Shown one piece after another: positions 26,463-35,781 of a stretch of 64,000 bases of DNA. Both the position numbers and the translations under genes were made by a program. The notes beneath the pieces are model-generated. The model did no database searches. It saw nothing but the letters and a program-made list of their open reading frames with translations, and had not been told where the DNA came from. Each line of letters begins with the position of its first letter. The first letter of the stretch is position 1. The stretch is from Clostridia bacterium (GTDB taxonomy: Bacteria > Bacillota > Clostridia > Oscillospirales > CAG-272). Where the stretch lies: the NCBI GenBank assembly GCA_017518975.1, contig JAFWTH010000140.1, forward strand, positions 23,467-87,466. Reading direction: 5' to 3'.

Positions 26463-27188
26463 ATGAAAACAAAAATCTTGACCGTAAGCGTAATTGTCAC
26501 GCTTGTGTCCCTGCTCCCGGGATGTCAGACAAAATCGGTTCCGCATCGACTTCCCGTCAGGGAGAGTGTCGCGTCGGTCTGCGAATCGGAGATTCCGATT
26601 CTGGATGATGAAACAACAGAGCCGGTGACGGAAACAGAAAAGTGTACCGAACCTGCGGAGATTACTGCAGAACAGGAAACAGTTCCCGAGGAAACCGTCG
26701 TGACGCCGTCCTTTGACGTCATCCAAAACGATGATATCCTTCCGGAAAGCGATCCTGCAGAATCCGTGGTAATACCGCAAGTGATACCGCCGGAAACACG
26801 GGAAACTCCTGCCCCTGCGACAGAGACAAAAGAGATACTCTGTCCCGAGCCCACTGCATTACCCGACACGGAAGAACCCGTTACGGAAGATCCGCCCCGG
26901 GAAGCCGAACAACCGAGTGAAACTGAGACAGTTGCCCCGGAGTTCGACATAGACTACTGGATCTCGTTCGCCCGTAACTACGCCGTGGGTGTTGGCCTCC
27001 ATCTGGATGACAGCGCGACTGACTGTTGGGACAACCCGCTGATCGCGGGCAGTCAAAGCAAATACCTCGAGAGAGATATCTCGGGTCTTCTCGACAAATA
27101 CAGCAGGGACGAGGACATAACCGACGTGTGGATCTGGGCTGAACCTAGAAGCGACGGAAACTATGATCTGTTTATCGGATACGCATAA
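26463..27188 (+). CDS. Lipoprotein with a Pro/Glu/Thr-rich linker
   Basis: ATG 26463 follows AGAGGTGA. The signal/lipobox is MKTKILTVSVIVTLVSLLPGC. A low-complexity linker is followed by a globular C-terminal domain (FDIDYWISFARNYAVGVGL...). Confidence 0.6.
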   Translation: MKTKILTVSVIVTLVSLLPGCQTKSVPHRLPVRESVASVCESEIPILDDETTEPVTETEKCTEPAEITAEQETVPEETVVTPSFDVIQNDDILPESDPAESVVIPQVIPPETRETPAPATETKEILCPEPTALPDTEEPVTEDPPREAEQPSETETVAPEFDIDYWISFARNYAVGVGLHLDDSATDCWDNPLIAGSQSKYLERDISGLLDKYSRDEDITDVWIWAEPRSDGNYDLFIGYA

Positions 27189-27253
27189 AACAATGTATAA
27201 CGGGAAGGGCGAGTCTGGAACGGCTCGTCCTTTTTCGCTTAAGGAGGAAATGT

Positions 27254-30200
27254 ATGAAATCAAAAACTGTAATGAAACTTGTGGCAATGATCCTTTCGAT
27301 TGCCATGTGCTGTCCAGTACTTGCCGGCGTCTGCGGGATGGCATATGCCGCGGACGTGACCGGAAACGTATACTTGACAGCATTCCCCCGCGCGGGAGAT
27401 GACCATCTTGATTATTCAGGAATATGGGGACACGATGACCTGACATTCAAAAACGGATGGCATGCAGGTAAGGCGATCTTCACCACGGTACGTACCGTCG
27501 GAGCGCAGAACGGAAACGTTTGTTACTGCATCGAACCGGGCGCGGACCTCGGAGTTGGAGATACACTGATCAGAAAAGGAGAGGATTTCTGGATCAACTA
27601 TCCCTCAGATTACAACGACGTTATCGAGCCCGTTGAAATAAAGCAGTTTATCGGACGCATTTTTCAGTACGGGTATACCGGTAACGTGGACGATTCATGG
27701 AGATCTCAGAATGAGGGAGCGGACAAGCTTGCAAACGTTGTTGCGACTCAGCTTCTCGTATGGGAAACCGTCGTCGGAGAAAGAGACTCTGAATTTAATC
27801 ATGTGAGCTCCGGCGGGTACAGCGCGGTGCTCGATACGGTAAGCCCCGCACATCCTCTTCGCGCAAAGATCCTTGCCCATTACAGCAGGATCGAAACGTC
27901 GGTAAAGAATCATACCGTCGTTCCTTCCTTCTGCTCGAGATCCCAGGGGAAAGCCGGTACCGTGGATCTGACGTGGGACGGAAGCAAATACGTCGCCAAG
28001 CTTACCGATTCCAAAAACGTACTGAACAGCTATTCTTTTTCCGCGGACGTATCGGGAGTATCCTTCAGCGTCAGCGGGAACCAGTTGACAGTTACGGTGA
28101 AAAACGCTCCTGACAAGGATATTTTGATTACCGCGGACAAAAAGACGTCCAAACGGCGCGGAGTCATAACATGGTCGGACGGGACGGTCGGATTTGCAAA
28201 CGGGACCCAGGATCTTGCGACTTTTGCCGAAGAAGTGAGCGACCCTGTCAAGGGATATGTAAAACTAAAGGTGTCGCAGGGCTCCGCAAAGCTCATTAAA
28301 AAGTCTGAGGACGGAAAAGTATCGGGCATAAGGTTCACCGTCAAGGGAAACGGATATGAGAAGACGTTCGTAACGGATTCGTCGGGAACGTTTGTGGCAG
28401 ACAACCTGAATCCCGGAGAATACACGGTTACGGAACAATCATACGACAATTACGAACCGCAACAGTCGCAGACAGTGACTGTCGTGAGCGGTCAGACTGC
28501 GACCGTAACCTTTCAGAACAAACTGAAAAGAGGGAATCTAAAGGTTACAAAAACCGCAGAGGACGGACTCGTCAGCGGAGTCAGATTCCACCTTTATGGG
28601 ACATCCGGCAGCGGAACACCTGTGGACGAGTATGCAGTGACCGATTCGAGCGGCATAGCGACCTTCAGCAATATTCTCATCGGCACGGGATATATGCTCG
28701 AGGAGGTGGGAACACCCGACCGATATGTAGTTCCTACAAAACAAACGGCGGCTGTTGAGTGGAATAAGGTCACAAACAAGAGCGTCGACAACGTTCTGAA
28801 GAAGTGGTCCCTCACAGTGACCAAGGTTGACGGAGAGAACGGTACCGCACAGGGCGACGCGTCTCTGGCAGGAGCAAGATACGGCGTCTTTAAGGGTGAT
28901 GAACTCGTCGACACTTACGTCACCGACGCGGACGGAAAGTTCACCACAAAGGAATACGTCTGCGGGAACGACTGGTCGATTAAGGAACTGGAAAGCAGCG
29001 AAGGATACCTTGTCACCTCCGGCAGCGTCCGGATAGGAGTTGCCCCCGGGAATTACTCGGCAGAGTACAACAGCGAAGCTATGACGCAGTACGAGCAGGT
29101 CAAGAAAGGCAATATCGCCATCATCAAACACACCGATGACGGCGAGACGCAGATCGAGACTCCCGAGGTTGGCGCAGAGTTCGCTGTGTATCTCAAGAGC
29201 GCAGGTTCCTATGACAACGCAAAGGACTCCGAGCGTGATTATCTGATCTGCGACGAGAACGGCTTTGCTCAGACGAAGGATCTTCCCTACGGCAGATATA
29301 CCGTCCAGCAGATCAAGGGCTTGGAAGGCCGCGAGCTGCTGGGGCCCTTCGACGTGTTCGTCAGCGAGGACGGTGAGATCTATCGCTATCTGATCAACAA
29401 CGCCAACTTCTTCTCCTATGTGAAGGTGGTTAAGGTGGACAGCACCACCGGAAAGACAATCCCGTGCTCCGGGATCGGATTCAATATCTACGATCCTTCC
29501 GGCAACAAGGTGGAGATGACATTCACCTATCCGACTGTCACCACCATCGACACCTTCTATACGGGTGGCGACGGTATGCTGATCACTCCCGAAAAGCTGG
29601 AATACGGCAAGGGATACTCGCTGGTCGAGGTGTCAGCCCCCTATGGATACGTCCTTGACAGCGACCCCGTGTATTTCGACATCACCGAGGAAAACTCCAC
29701 GGAGGAAAGCGCCGTGACCGTGGTCGTTGTAACAAAGGAAAACTCACCTCAGATGGGGGTCATCACTGTTGAGAAAACAGGCGAATATTTTGCTTCCGTC
29801 ATGGACGCTGAAAACAGCACGCGTCCGGTTTATGCGACGAGCGGTATGGCGGGAGCCGAATACACCGTTACCGCCGCGGAAGATATCTTTACCCCGGACG
29901 GAACTCAGCGTTACGCCAAGGACGAAATCGTTGCCACTCTTGTCACGGGAAGTGACGGTAAAGCGGCGACCGAACCCCTGTTCCTGGGCAGGTTCAACGT
30001 CGCTGAAACGAAAGCTCCCTACGGAATGACTCTCGATCCTGCGGTCCGGACTGTGGAACTGACCTATGCGGGTCAGGAAGTGGATATCACCGGAACTTCC
30101 GTTGGCTTCTTCAATGAGCGTCAGAAGATCGTGATCGATCTGCACAAGGTTATGGAGCAGAACAGCGTCTTTGGTGTCGGCTTTGGTGGGGAAACCACTT

Positions 30201-32011
30201 CCGTGAACTTCGGTCTGTTTGCCGACGAGGACATCGTTGCTGCGGACGGCAGCAGTATTCCCGCGGGCCGGATGCTCGAAGCAGTCTCATGTGATGAGAA
30301 CGGTTACGCGGCATTCAGCACCGATCTTCCCGTAGGAGCAAAGATCTACGTCAGAGAGATCGGCGCCGACTGTCATTACGTTCTCTCTGACAGGGAGTAC
30401 CCTGTGGTATTCGAGTATGAAGGTCAGGAAGTCGCAACCGTACACATTACCGTGAACGACGGCGAAGATATTGCGAACAGATTGATCTATGGGGTAGTGA
30501 AGGGATATAAGGTGGACAGAGAAACCGGCGCGAGGATTCCCGGAGCTCTGTTTGGTCTCTTCCGCGCGGATGAAACTGACTTCACCGAGGGCAACGCTCT
30601 GCTGACCGCGGAATCTGACTCGGACGGCGTCTTTTCTTTTGAAAACGTAGTTTACGGAAACTATGTCGTGTATGAGCTCCGCCCCGCGGAGGGCTATCTT
30701 GAAAACGAAACGGTCTATCCCGTGACGGTCACCGAGAACGGCGACGTGATTGAAATCACAGCAGTCAACGATCTGATTCCTGAGATAAACACTGCCGCCT
30801 CCGTCGACGGCGAAAAAGAAGTATGCGCCACCGAGGTCTTTACACTTACCGATACTGTCGAGTACAGTCACCTTGTTCCCGGCAGGGAGTATACCGTCAA
30901 AGGAATCCTTATGGACAAGGCGACCGGCGAACCGTTCCTCCAGAACGGAGAGCAGATCACTTCCGAGGTAACCTTCGTCCCTGAAGCGCCTTCCGGCAGC
31001 GTGGAGGTGCTGTTCACCTTCGACGCCAAGCTCATCAAGACGGACACGAGCATCGTCGTGTTCGAGAGCCTTTACAGCGACAGCAAGGAACTGACCGTTC
31101 ATGCGGACATTGAGGACGAGGATCAGACCGTAACGGTCGTTGTCCCCGAAATCAGGACCGAAGCGTCTGCTGACGGAAGGAAGGAAACGACCGTCGGAGG
31201 CGATATAGCAATTGAGGATACCGTTTCCTATCGCAACATTACTCCCAACAGAGAATACGTTATCCGCGGTACACTCATGAACAAGGCCACGGGCGAACCT
31301 ATTACCGCAAACGGAGAACCGGTTGTGGCTGAAACCGCCTTTACACCCGAAAGCAGAAACGGCGAGATCATGGTGAAGTTTACCTTTGATTCCCACGTCA
31401 TTACCGAAAAGACGGATGTGGTAGTGTTCGAAGCCCTCTGGCTGGAAGACGTCGAAATCGCAGTCCATGCTAACATCGGGGATGAAGGTCAGACGGTGAT
31501 CGTCTATGTTCCCGAAATCAAGACCACCGCATCCATCGACGGCGAGAAGGAAGTCACAACTGCCGGAAAGGTAACTGTTGAGGACGTGGTATCATACCGC
31601 GATCTCATTCCCGGCACAAAATATACCCTTCACGGTATCCTGATGAACAAGGCGACCGGCGAGGAATTCACGGTAAACGGTGAAAAGATCGTCGCAGAGG
31701 TCAGTTTTACTCCCGAGCACAGGAACGGGGAGGTCAAGGTGACGTTCACCTTTGACACTCACGGTCTCACCACAAGCACAATGCTGGTCGTGTTTGAAAA
31801 ACTGTATCGCGATGACGTTGAGATTACCGCTCACGCCGACATCGATGATGAGGATCAGACTGTGACGGTCACACCTCCGCCTGAGGTACCGCAGACAGGG
31901 GACAACAGCAAACTCGGCTTGTGGATCGGTCTCGGCGCAGTCGCTGTCGGAGGCGCCATCGCATGCGTCATTATGTATTTCAGAAAAAAAGACGATGACG
32001 AAACCCAGTAA
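27254..32011 (+). CDS. Sortase-anchored surface adhesin: N-terminal thioester domain, SpaA/CnaB-type Ig-like repeats, four VaFE-type repeats, VPQTG sorting signal
   Basis: A signal peptide is followed by the thioester-domain motifs NVCYCIEPG and VATQLLVWE. There are many ...GA.F.LY/...VTE...GY CnaB-like units. Four ~115-aa repeats (VPEI.T.AS.DG.KE...G.LM.KATGEP...VVFE.L...H.DI.DE.QTV) span about 30775-31875. The C-terminus is PPEVPQTG plus a TM segment plus RKKDDD. Confidence 0.85.
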   Translation: MKSKTVMKLVAMILSIAMCCPVLAGVCGMAYAADVTGNVYLTAFPRAGDDHLDYSGIWGHDDLTFKNGWHAGKAIFTTVRTVGAQNGNVCYCIEPGADLGVGDTLIRKGEDFWINYPSDYNDVIEPVEIKQFIGRIFQYGYTGNVDDSWRSQNEGADKLANVVATQLLVWETVVGERDSEFNHVSSGGYSAVLDTVSPAHPLRAKILAHYSRIETSVKNHTVVPSFCSRSQGKAGTVDLTWDGSKYVAKLTDSKNVLNSYSFSADVSGVSFSVSGNQLTVTVKNAPDKDILITADKKTSKRRGVITWSDGTVGFANGTQDLATFAEEVSDPVKGYVKLKVSQGSAKLIKKSEDGKVSGIRFTVKGNGYEKTFVTDSSGTFVADNLNPGEYTVTEQSYDNYEPQQSQTVTVVSGQTATVTFQNKLKRGNLKVTKTAEDGLVSGVRFHLYGTSGSGTPVDEYAVTDSSGIATFSNILIGTGYMLEEVGTPDRYVVPTKQTAAVEWNKVTNKSVDNVLKKWSLTVTKVDGENGTAQGDASLAGARYGVFKGDELVDTYVTDADGKFTTKEYVCGNDWSIKELESSEGYLVTSGSVRIGVAPGNYSAEYNSEAMTQYEQVKKGNIAIIKHTDDGETQIETPEVGAEFAVYLKSAGSYDNAKDSERDYLICDENGFAQTKDLPYGRYTVQQIKGLEGRELLGPFDVFVSEDGEIYRYLINNANFFSYVKVVKVDSTTGKTIPCSGIGFNIYDPSGNKVEMTFTYPTVTTIDTFYTGGDGMLITPEKLEYGKGYSLVEVSAPYGYVLDSDPVYFDITEENSTEESAVTVVVVTKENSPQMGVITVEKTGEYFASVMDAENSTRPVYATSGMAGAEYTVTAAEDIFTPDGTQRYAKDEIVATLVTGSDGKAATEPLFLGRFNVAETKAPYGMTLDPAVRTVELTYAGQEVDITGTSVGFFNERQKIVIDLHKVMEQNSVFGVGFGGETTSVNFGLFADEDIVAADGSSIPAGRMLEAVSCDENGYAAFSTDLPVGAKIYVREIGADCHYVLSDREYPVVFEYEGQEVATVHITVNDGEDIANRLIYGVVKGYKVDRETGARIPGALFGLFRADETDFTEGNALLTAESDSDGVFSFENVVYGNYVVYELRPAEGYLENETVYPVTVTENGDVIEITAVNDLIPEINTAASVDGEKEVCATEVFTLTDTVEYSHLVPGREYTVKGILMDKATGEPFLQNGEQITSEVTFVPEAPSGSVEVLFTFDAKLIKTDTSIVVFESLYSDSKELTVHADIEDEDQTVTVVVPEIRTEASADGRKETTVGGDIAIEDTVSYRNITPNREYVIRGTLMNKATGEPITANGEPVVAETAFTPESRNGEIMVKFTFDSHVITEKTDVVVFEALWLEDVEIAVHANIGDEGQTVIVYVPEIKTTASIDGEKEVTTAGKVTVEDVVSYRDLIPGTKYTLHGILMNKATGEEFTVNGEKIVAEVSFTPEHRNGEVKVTFTFDTHGLTTSTMLVVFEKLYRDDVEITAHADIDDEDQTVTVTPPPEVPQTGDNSKLGLWIGLGAVAVGGAIACVIMYFRKKDDDETQ

Positions 32012-32041
32012 TGTCAAATTTGTATCAGGAGGATAACGCAT

Positions 32042-32374
32042 ATGAAAAAGAAACACCTTAGGATCATTCTTTCCATCGCGATATGTCTGGCGGTCATCGC
32101 CGTACTCAGTGTGACCGCGTTTGCGGCAGGTGACGTATCAGGAGCTATTGAGAACACCTGGAACTCGGCTAAGTCTCAGGTGCAGACCGTTGTCAACAAC
32201 GTGGTCTTCCCCGTGATAGATATGATCCTTGCCATCCTGTTCTTCGTCAAGGTCGGCACCTCGTATTTCGAGTATCGAAAGCACGGTCAGTTTGAGTTCG
32301 CCGCGCCATGTATTCTTTTCGCTTGCCTCATCTTCACGCTGACCGCGCCCTTGTATATCTGGTCGATCCTGTAA
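32042..32374 (+). CDS. Small membrane protein, VirB2/TrbC-like pilin candidate
   Basis: 110 aa with a signal-like N-terminus (AICLAVIAVLSVTAFAAG) and two further hydrophobic helices. It sits immediately upstream of the VirB6-like gene. Confidence 0.45.
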   Translation: MKKKHLRIILSIAICLAVIAVLSVTAFAAGDVSGAIENTWNSAKSQVQTVVNNVVFPVIDMILAILFFVKVGTSYFEYRKHGQFEFAAPCILFACLIFTLTAPLYIWSIL

Positions 32375-32448
32375 AACACTCCACGCCATGACGTCAAGGC
32401 AAGAAGGCTGCGCACGCAGCCTCTTGCCGGAAAGGACGGTGAAAGCCA

Positions 32449-33384
32449 ATGTTTGACTGGCTTGGAGATATTTTATCCGGTATCGGCGAGGTAATAGGCG
32501 ACGTTTTCGGATTCGTCGGTTCGTCAATCGCCGATACAGTGTTCGACTCGATTCTGCAGTGGCTTTATGAGATAGTCTACAACGCCGCCGCCGACTTCTT
32601 TGAGATGATCGGCAATATGGGAGCCGAGATATTTGACCTTTCGTGGGTCCAGGCCACGGTAAGATTGTTCACCCTGTTCGGATGGGCTCTTTTCGCGGCC
32701 GGAACAGTTGTGGCTATTTTTGACGTGGCGATAGAATATCAGTCCGGGAGAGCCAACATCAAAACCGCAAGTATAAACATCCTCAAAGGATTCTTTGCCT
32801 GCAGTATGATCGGGGTCGTCCCGATTGAACTGTACAAGTTCTGCATCACTCTGCAAAACACGTTTTCTCACGATCTGGTCATAATGGCCGCCGGAGGAAT
32901 CAACGAAAATCTTGCATCGACAGGACTCAGAATACTTGTCGGGTCATTCTCGCCCGGAGCCTTTGCAAACTTCGGACTGCTCGGTCTTCTGTGTTTGATA
33001 GCGTTTGCCTACTGTGTCGTAAAGATATTTTTCCAGAACATCAAGCGCGGCGGTATTCTTCTCGTTCAGATGGCAGTCGGTAGTCTGTATATGTTCAGCG
33101 TCCCACGCGGATACTCTGACGGGTTCAATCAGTGGTGCAAACAGGTTGCGGCCATTTGCCTGACCGCTTTCATGCAGACAACTCTTCTCTTCCTCGGCCT
33201 GATGACGTTCCCGAACAACATGCTCCTTGGACTCGGAATCATGCTTGCGGCAAACGAAGTGCCCAGGATCGCTCAGCAGTTCGGTCTCGACAGTTCCGTC
33301 AAAGTCAACATGATGAGCGTCGTTCATGCGACTACCACCGCAATCAATCTGACCCGAAGCGTTGCAAGAGCGACGGGGAAATGA
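32449..33384 (+). CDS. Polytopic membrane protein, VirB6/TrbL-like
   Basis: 311 aa with at least 5 predicted TM helices. The position and size are typical of the VirB6 analogue of Firmicute T4SS. Confidence 0.55.
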   Translation: MFDWLGDILSGIGEVIGDVFGFVGSSIADTVFDSILQWLYEIVYNAAADFFEMIGNMGAEIFDLSWVQATVRLFTLFGWALFAAGTVVAIFDVAIEYQSGRANIKTASINILKGFFACSMIGVVPIELYKFCITLQNTFSHDLVIMAAGGINENLASTGLRILVGSFSPGAFANFGLLGLLCLIAFAYCVVKIFFQNIKRGGILLVQMAVGSLYMFSVPRGYSDGFNQWCKQVAAICLTAFMQTTLLFLGLMTFPNNMLLGLGIMLAANEVPRIAQQFGLDSSVKVNMMSVVHATTTAINLTRSVARATGK

Positions 33385-33422
33385 GACGAGCAACAGGCTT
33401 TTATGAATTTGTTCAAAACCCC

Positions 33423-33451
33423 TTGATATTACTTCGGTCTTTCGATACAAT
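33423..33451 (+). promoter_or_regulatory. Near-consensus sigma-70-type promoter (TTGATA-N17-TACAAT)
   Basis: -35 TTGATA at 33423-33428, a 17-nt spacer, -10 TACAAT at 33446-33451. It lies upstream of the MNT gene. Confidence 0.6.
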
Positions 33452-33527
33452 TAACGGGAGGATGATGATCAAGATGATAATCTGCAGGAGGAACAAGGCA
33501 TAACAAAGTACAGTCCGAGGAGTTGTC

Positions 33528-33878
33528 ATGATGAGAAAAGAAGTGAAAGATGATTTGGAAATCATCTGCCGGATGATTCGAGATGCGGTCGATGTAAGTG
33601 CAATATACCTTTTTGGTTCCTATGCTTACGGCCTCCCGAACAAAGACAGCGATTACGATTTGTGCGTTGTTATTCCCGACTCTGATATGCGCCCGGTGGA
33701 TGCGATAAAGAAAATACGACGCGCAATATATCCCGTGCAATCCAAGCCGATGGACGTTGTCGTGTATCACAGAAGCAGGTTTATGGAGCGGCAGCGCTCA
33801 GCTTCGCTGGAACGAAAAATAGCAAGAGAAGGGGTGCTTCTGTTTGAACAGGAAGAACTTGAACCACGAATGGTTTAA
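33528..33878 (+). CDS. Minimal nucleotidyltransferase (MNT-type, Pol-beta superfamily), orphan with no HEPN partner
   Basis: LFGSYAYGLPNKDSDYDLCVV is the GS...DxD NTase motif. 116 aa with RBS GAGGAG. The usual downstream HEPN gene is absent. Confidence 0.7.
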   Translation: MMRKEVKDDLEIICRMIRDAVDVSAIYLFGSYAYGLPNKDSDYDLCVVIPDSDMRPVDAIKKIRRAIYPVQSKPMDVVVYHRSRFMERQRSASLERKIAREGVLLFEQEELEPRMV

Positions 33879-33927
33879 GGTGCTGAATAGGATCGGAAGC
33901 TCATGCCATGAACAGTATTTCAGAAAA

Positions 33928-33965
33928 AGCGACTCCACATAAGACAGTGGTGTCGCTTTTGCTTT
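33928..33965 (+). terminator. Rho-independent terminator after the MNT gene
   Basis: AGCGACTCCAC / GTGGTGTCGCT (one mismatch) followed by TTTTGCTTTG. Confidence 0.55.
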
Positions 33966-33990
33966 GCAAGAGCGGCGGGGAAATAACCTA

Positions 33991-34019
33991 TTGACATTTG
34001 CGCGGATATAGGTTACAAT
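33991..34019 (+). promoter_or_regulatory. Consensus sigma-70-type promoter (TTGACA-N17-TACAAT)
   Basis: -35 TTGACA at 33991-33996, a 17-nt spacer, -10 TACAAT at 34014-34019, then GGAGG and ATG 34054. Confidence 0.65.
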
Positions 34020-34053
34020 ATAGAAAAAGCATCAGTATCGGAGGCGACCCGAA

Positions 34054-35445
34054 ATGCAGACCGCAACGGAACGAATGAAGCAGATCGAAAAAGAACTCGC
34101 AGGATTGCCGATCGGATATATATCGAAGAAGACGATCAACGGCAAAGAACGGTTTTACCTTCAGTGGATGGAGAACGGGAAACTGAAAAGCAAATATATC
34201 AAAGCAACCGAATATGACGAGGTATTACGTCAGGTGGAAAAACGAAAGAACCTTCAGGCTGAGCTCAAAGAGTTGAAGGGGACTCCGGAAGGAGTTCGCG
34301 AAACGAACCTCAGAAGAAAGGCGGTGAGGAACATGACGAGTATTACCGGGGCAGTTATGTCGGAAGACCGGGTGGTAGCGACCGTCAAAAACGGAGATAT
34401 CATCGAGAGCGACGACAGGCTGCTCCCGCTTTACCTGAAAAGAACAAGAAACGTCGAAGGATGGCTCGCATCCCGCGCCATCGATGAGCACAGGACCAAT
34501 TCGCGTCTTCTGAAAAAAGCTCTGCGTCTCCGCACCGCCGACAATGCACAGACTGCGCTGGCGGTCAACGCCGCCACCGTGACGGACAGATACTGGTTCA
34601 GACCTGAGGGATCGACCGCAAAATACGACGATATCCGGTTCCGTGAAAACTACTTTGACACCCTCGCTCTTCGCGGAGATCCCAACGGATTCTCCCATAA
34701 ACCGTCGCGTACCCCCGAGCTGACCAACACCGGAAGCTTTGAAAAGTGCTGGCGGCTGATCGACGGGGAGTGGTGGATGTACAAGAGCGGGAACCGGGAC
34801 GAGTATTTTTCCGAGCTCTTCATCTGCCGACTCGGAGAAAAGCTCGGGCTCGATATGGCTCACTATGAAATGGACGACGGGTACATCCGGTCGAAGAACT
34901 TCGTCGGAGGAACGGATTTAAACTTTGAGCCCATCTCCTCCATCATGGGCGATAACGATGATCTCGACGACTGCTTCAGGGCTATATCGGGTCTTTCGCC
35001 CGAGCTCGCCGTACAGTATTTGATGATCGTCTGGATGGATACCATATGCTACAACATGGACCGGCACACCGAAAACTTCGGATTCCTGCGTGACGTTCAC
35101 AGCGGAGAGATAGTCAAGATGGCTCCGAACTACGACAACAACATCGCGCTGATCTCAAGAGGGTATCCCGCAGACGTCTCCCGGGAACACGACGGGCTGA
35201 TCCGTTTCTTCCGGGAGTTCCTGCAAGGTGATCCGGATGCGGCGAAAATGTACAGAGAAATGAATCTCCCTGAGATAACTGAAAGCATTATCGATGAGTG
35301 TATTAACGAGATCCCCATAGAGTGCGACGGAGAGTTCGTGAAAAACTTCATCCTGAACGGGCAGAGGATCGTCGGCGATATAATCAGGATGAGCGATTCC
35401 CCGGAGATCGAGGGCGAGGACCAAACGTTCAATCTGACGATGTAG
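34054..35445 (+). CDS. HipA-like Ser/Thr kinase-fold protein with a novel N-terminal region, ends ...QTFNLTM
   Basis: The C-terminal half has ...CYNMDRHTENFGFL... (HipA_C D-x-H-x-x-N catalytic loop) and ...MAPNYDNN... (the counterpart of the HipA aPaYD motif). No HipB-like gene is adjacent. Confidence 0.6.
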   Translation: MQTATERMKQIEKELAGLPIGYISKKTINGKERFYLQWMENGKLKSKYIKATEYDEVLRQVEKRKNLQAELKELKGTPEGVRETNLRRKAVRNMTSITGAVMSEDRVVATVKNGDIIESDDRLLPLYLKRTRNVEGWLASRAIDEHRTNSRLLKKALRLRTADNAQTALAVNAATVTDRYWFRPEGSTAKYDDIRFRENYFDTLALRGDPNGFSHKPSRTPELTNTGSFEKCWRLIDGEWWMYKSGNRDEYFSELFICRLGEKLGLDMAHYEMDDGYIRSKNFVGGTDLNFEPISSIMGDNDDLDDCFRAISGLSPELAVQYLMIVWMDTICYNMDRHTENFGFLRDVHSGEIVKMAPNYDNNIALISRGYPADVSREHDGLIRFFREFLQGDPDAAKMYREMNLPEITESIIDECINEIPIECDGEFVKNFILNGQRIVGDIIRMSDSPEIEGEDQTFNLTM

Positions 35446-35470
35446 GACCGGAGATGCCCATAAGCTTATC

Positions 35471-35509
35471 ACGGACGTTGTGAGATATCACAGCGTCCGT
35501 TTTTGTTTT
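35471..35509 (+). terminator. Rho-independent terminator after the HipA-like gene
   Basis: 13-bp stem ACGGACGTTGTGA / TCACAGCGTCCGT (one G-U pair) followed by TTTTTGTTTT. Confidence 0.65.
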
Positions 35510-35520
35510 GGAGGATTATT

Positions 35521-35781
35521 ATGACACGATATATTTATCCGCAGAATCTCAAGGCCACGGCAAACCTGTGGCTCTGGAGTCTGCGGGATTTCGCTATTAT
35601 GGGCGTCGCCGCCCTTCTCTCCATAGTGGTTCTGGTGGAACTGCATCTGTTGATCCCCGCGGCCGCCACGCTCTGCTATGGATTTCTTACGATCCGGATG
35701 GATGATACGACGATTCTCGATTTTATCCGATATGCGGGTCGGTATTTCATTACTACACAACAGTATTACGAATGGAGGTGA
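35521..35781 (+). CDS. PrgI/VirB3-like small membrane protein
   Basis: ATG 35521 follows GGAGG. 86 aa with a central hydrophobic hairpin (FAIMGVAALLSIVVLVELHLLIPAAATLCYGFL). It sits upstream of the VirB4-type genes. Confidence 0.55.
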   Translation: MTRYIYPQNLKATANLWLWSLRDFAIMGVAALLSIVVLVELHLLIPAAATLCYGFLTIRMDDTTILDFIRYAGRYFITTQQYYEWR

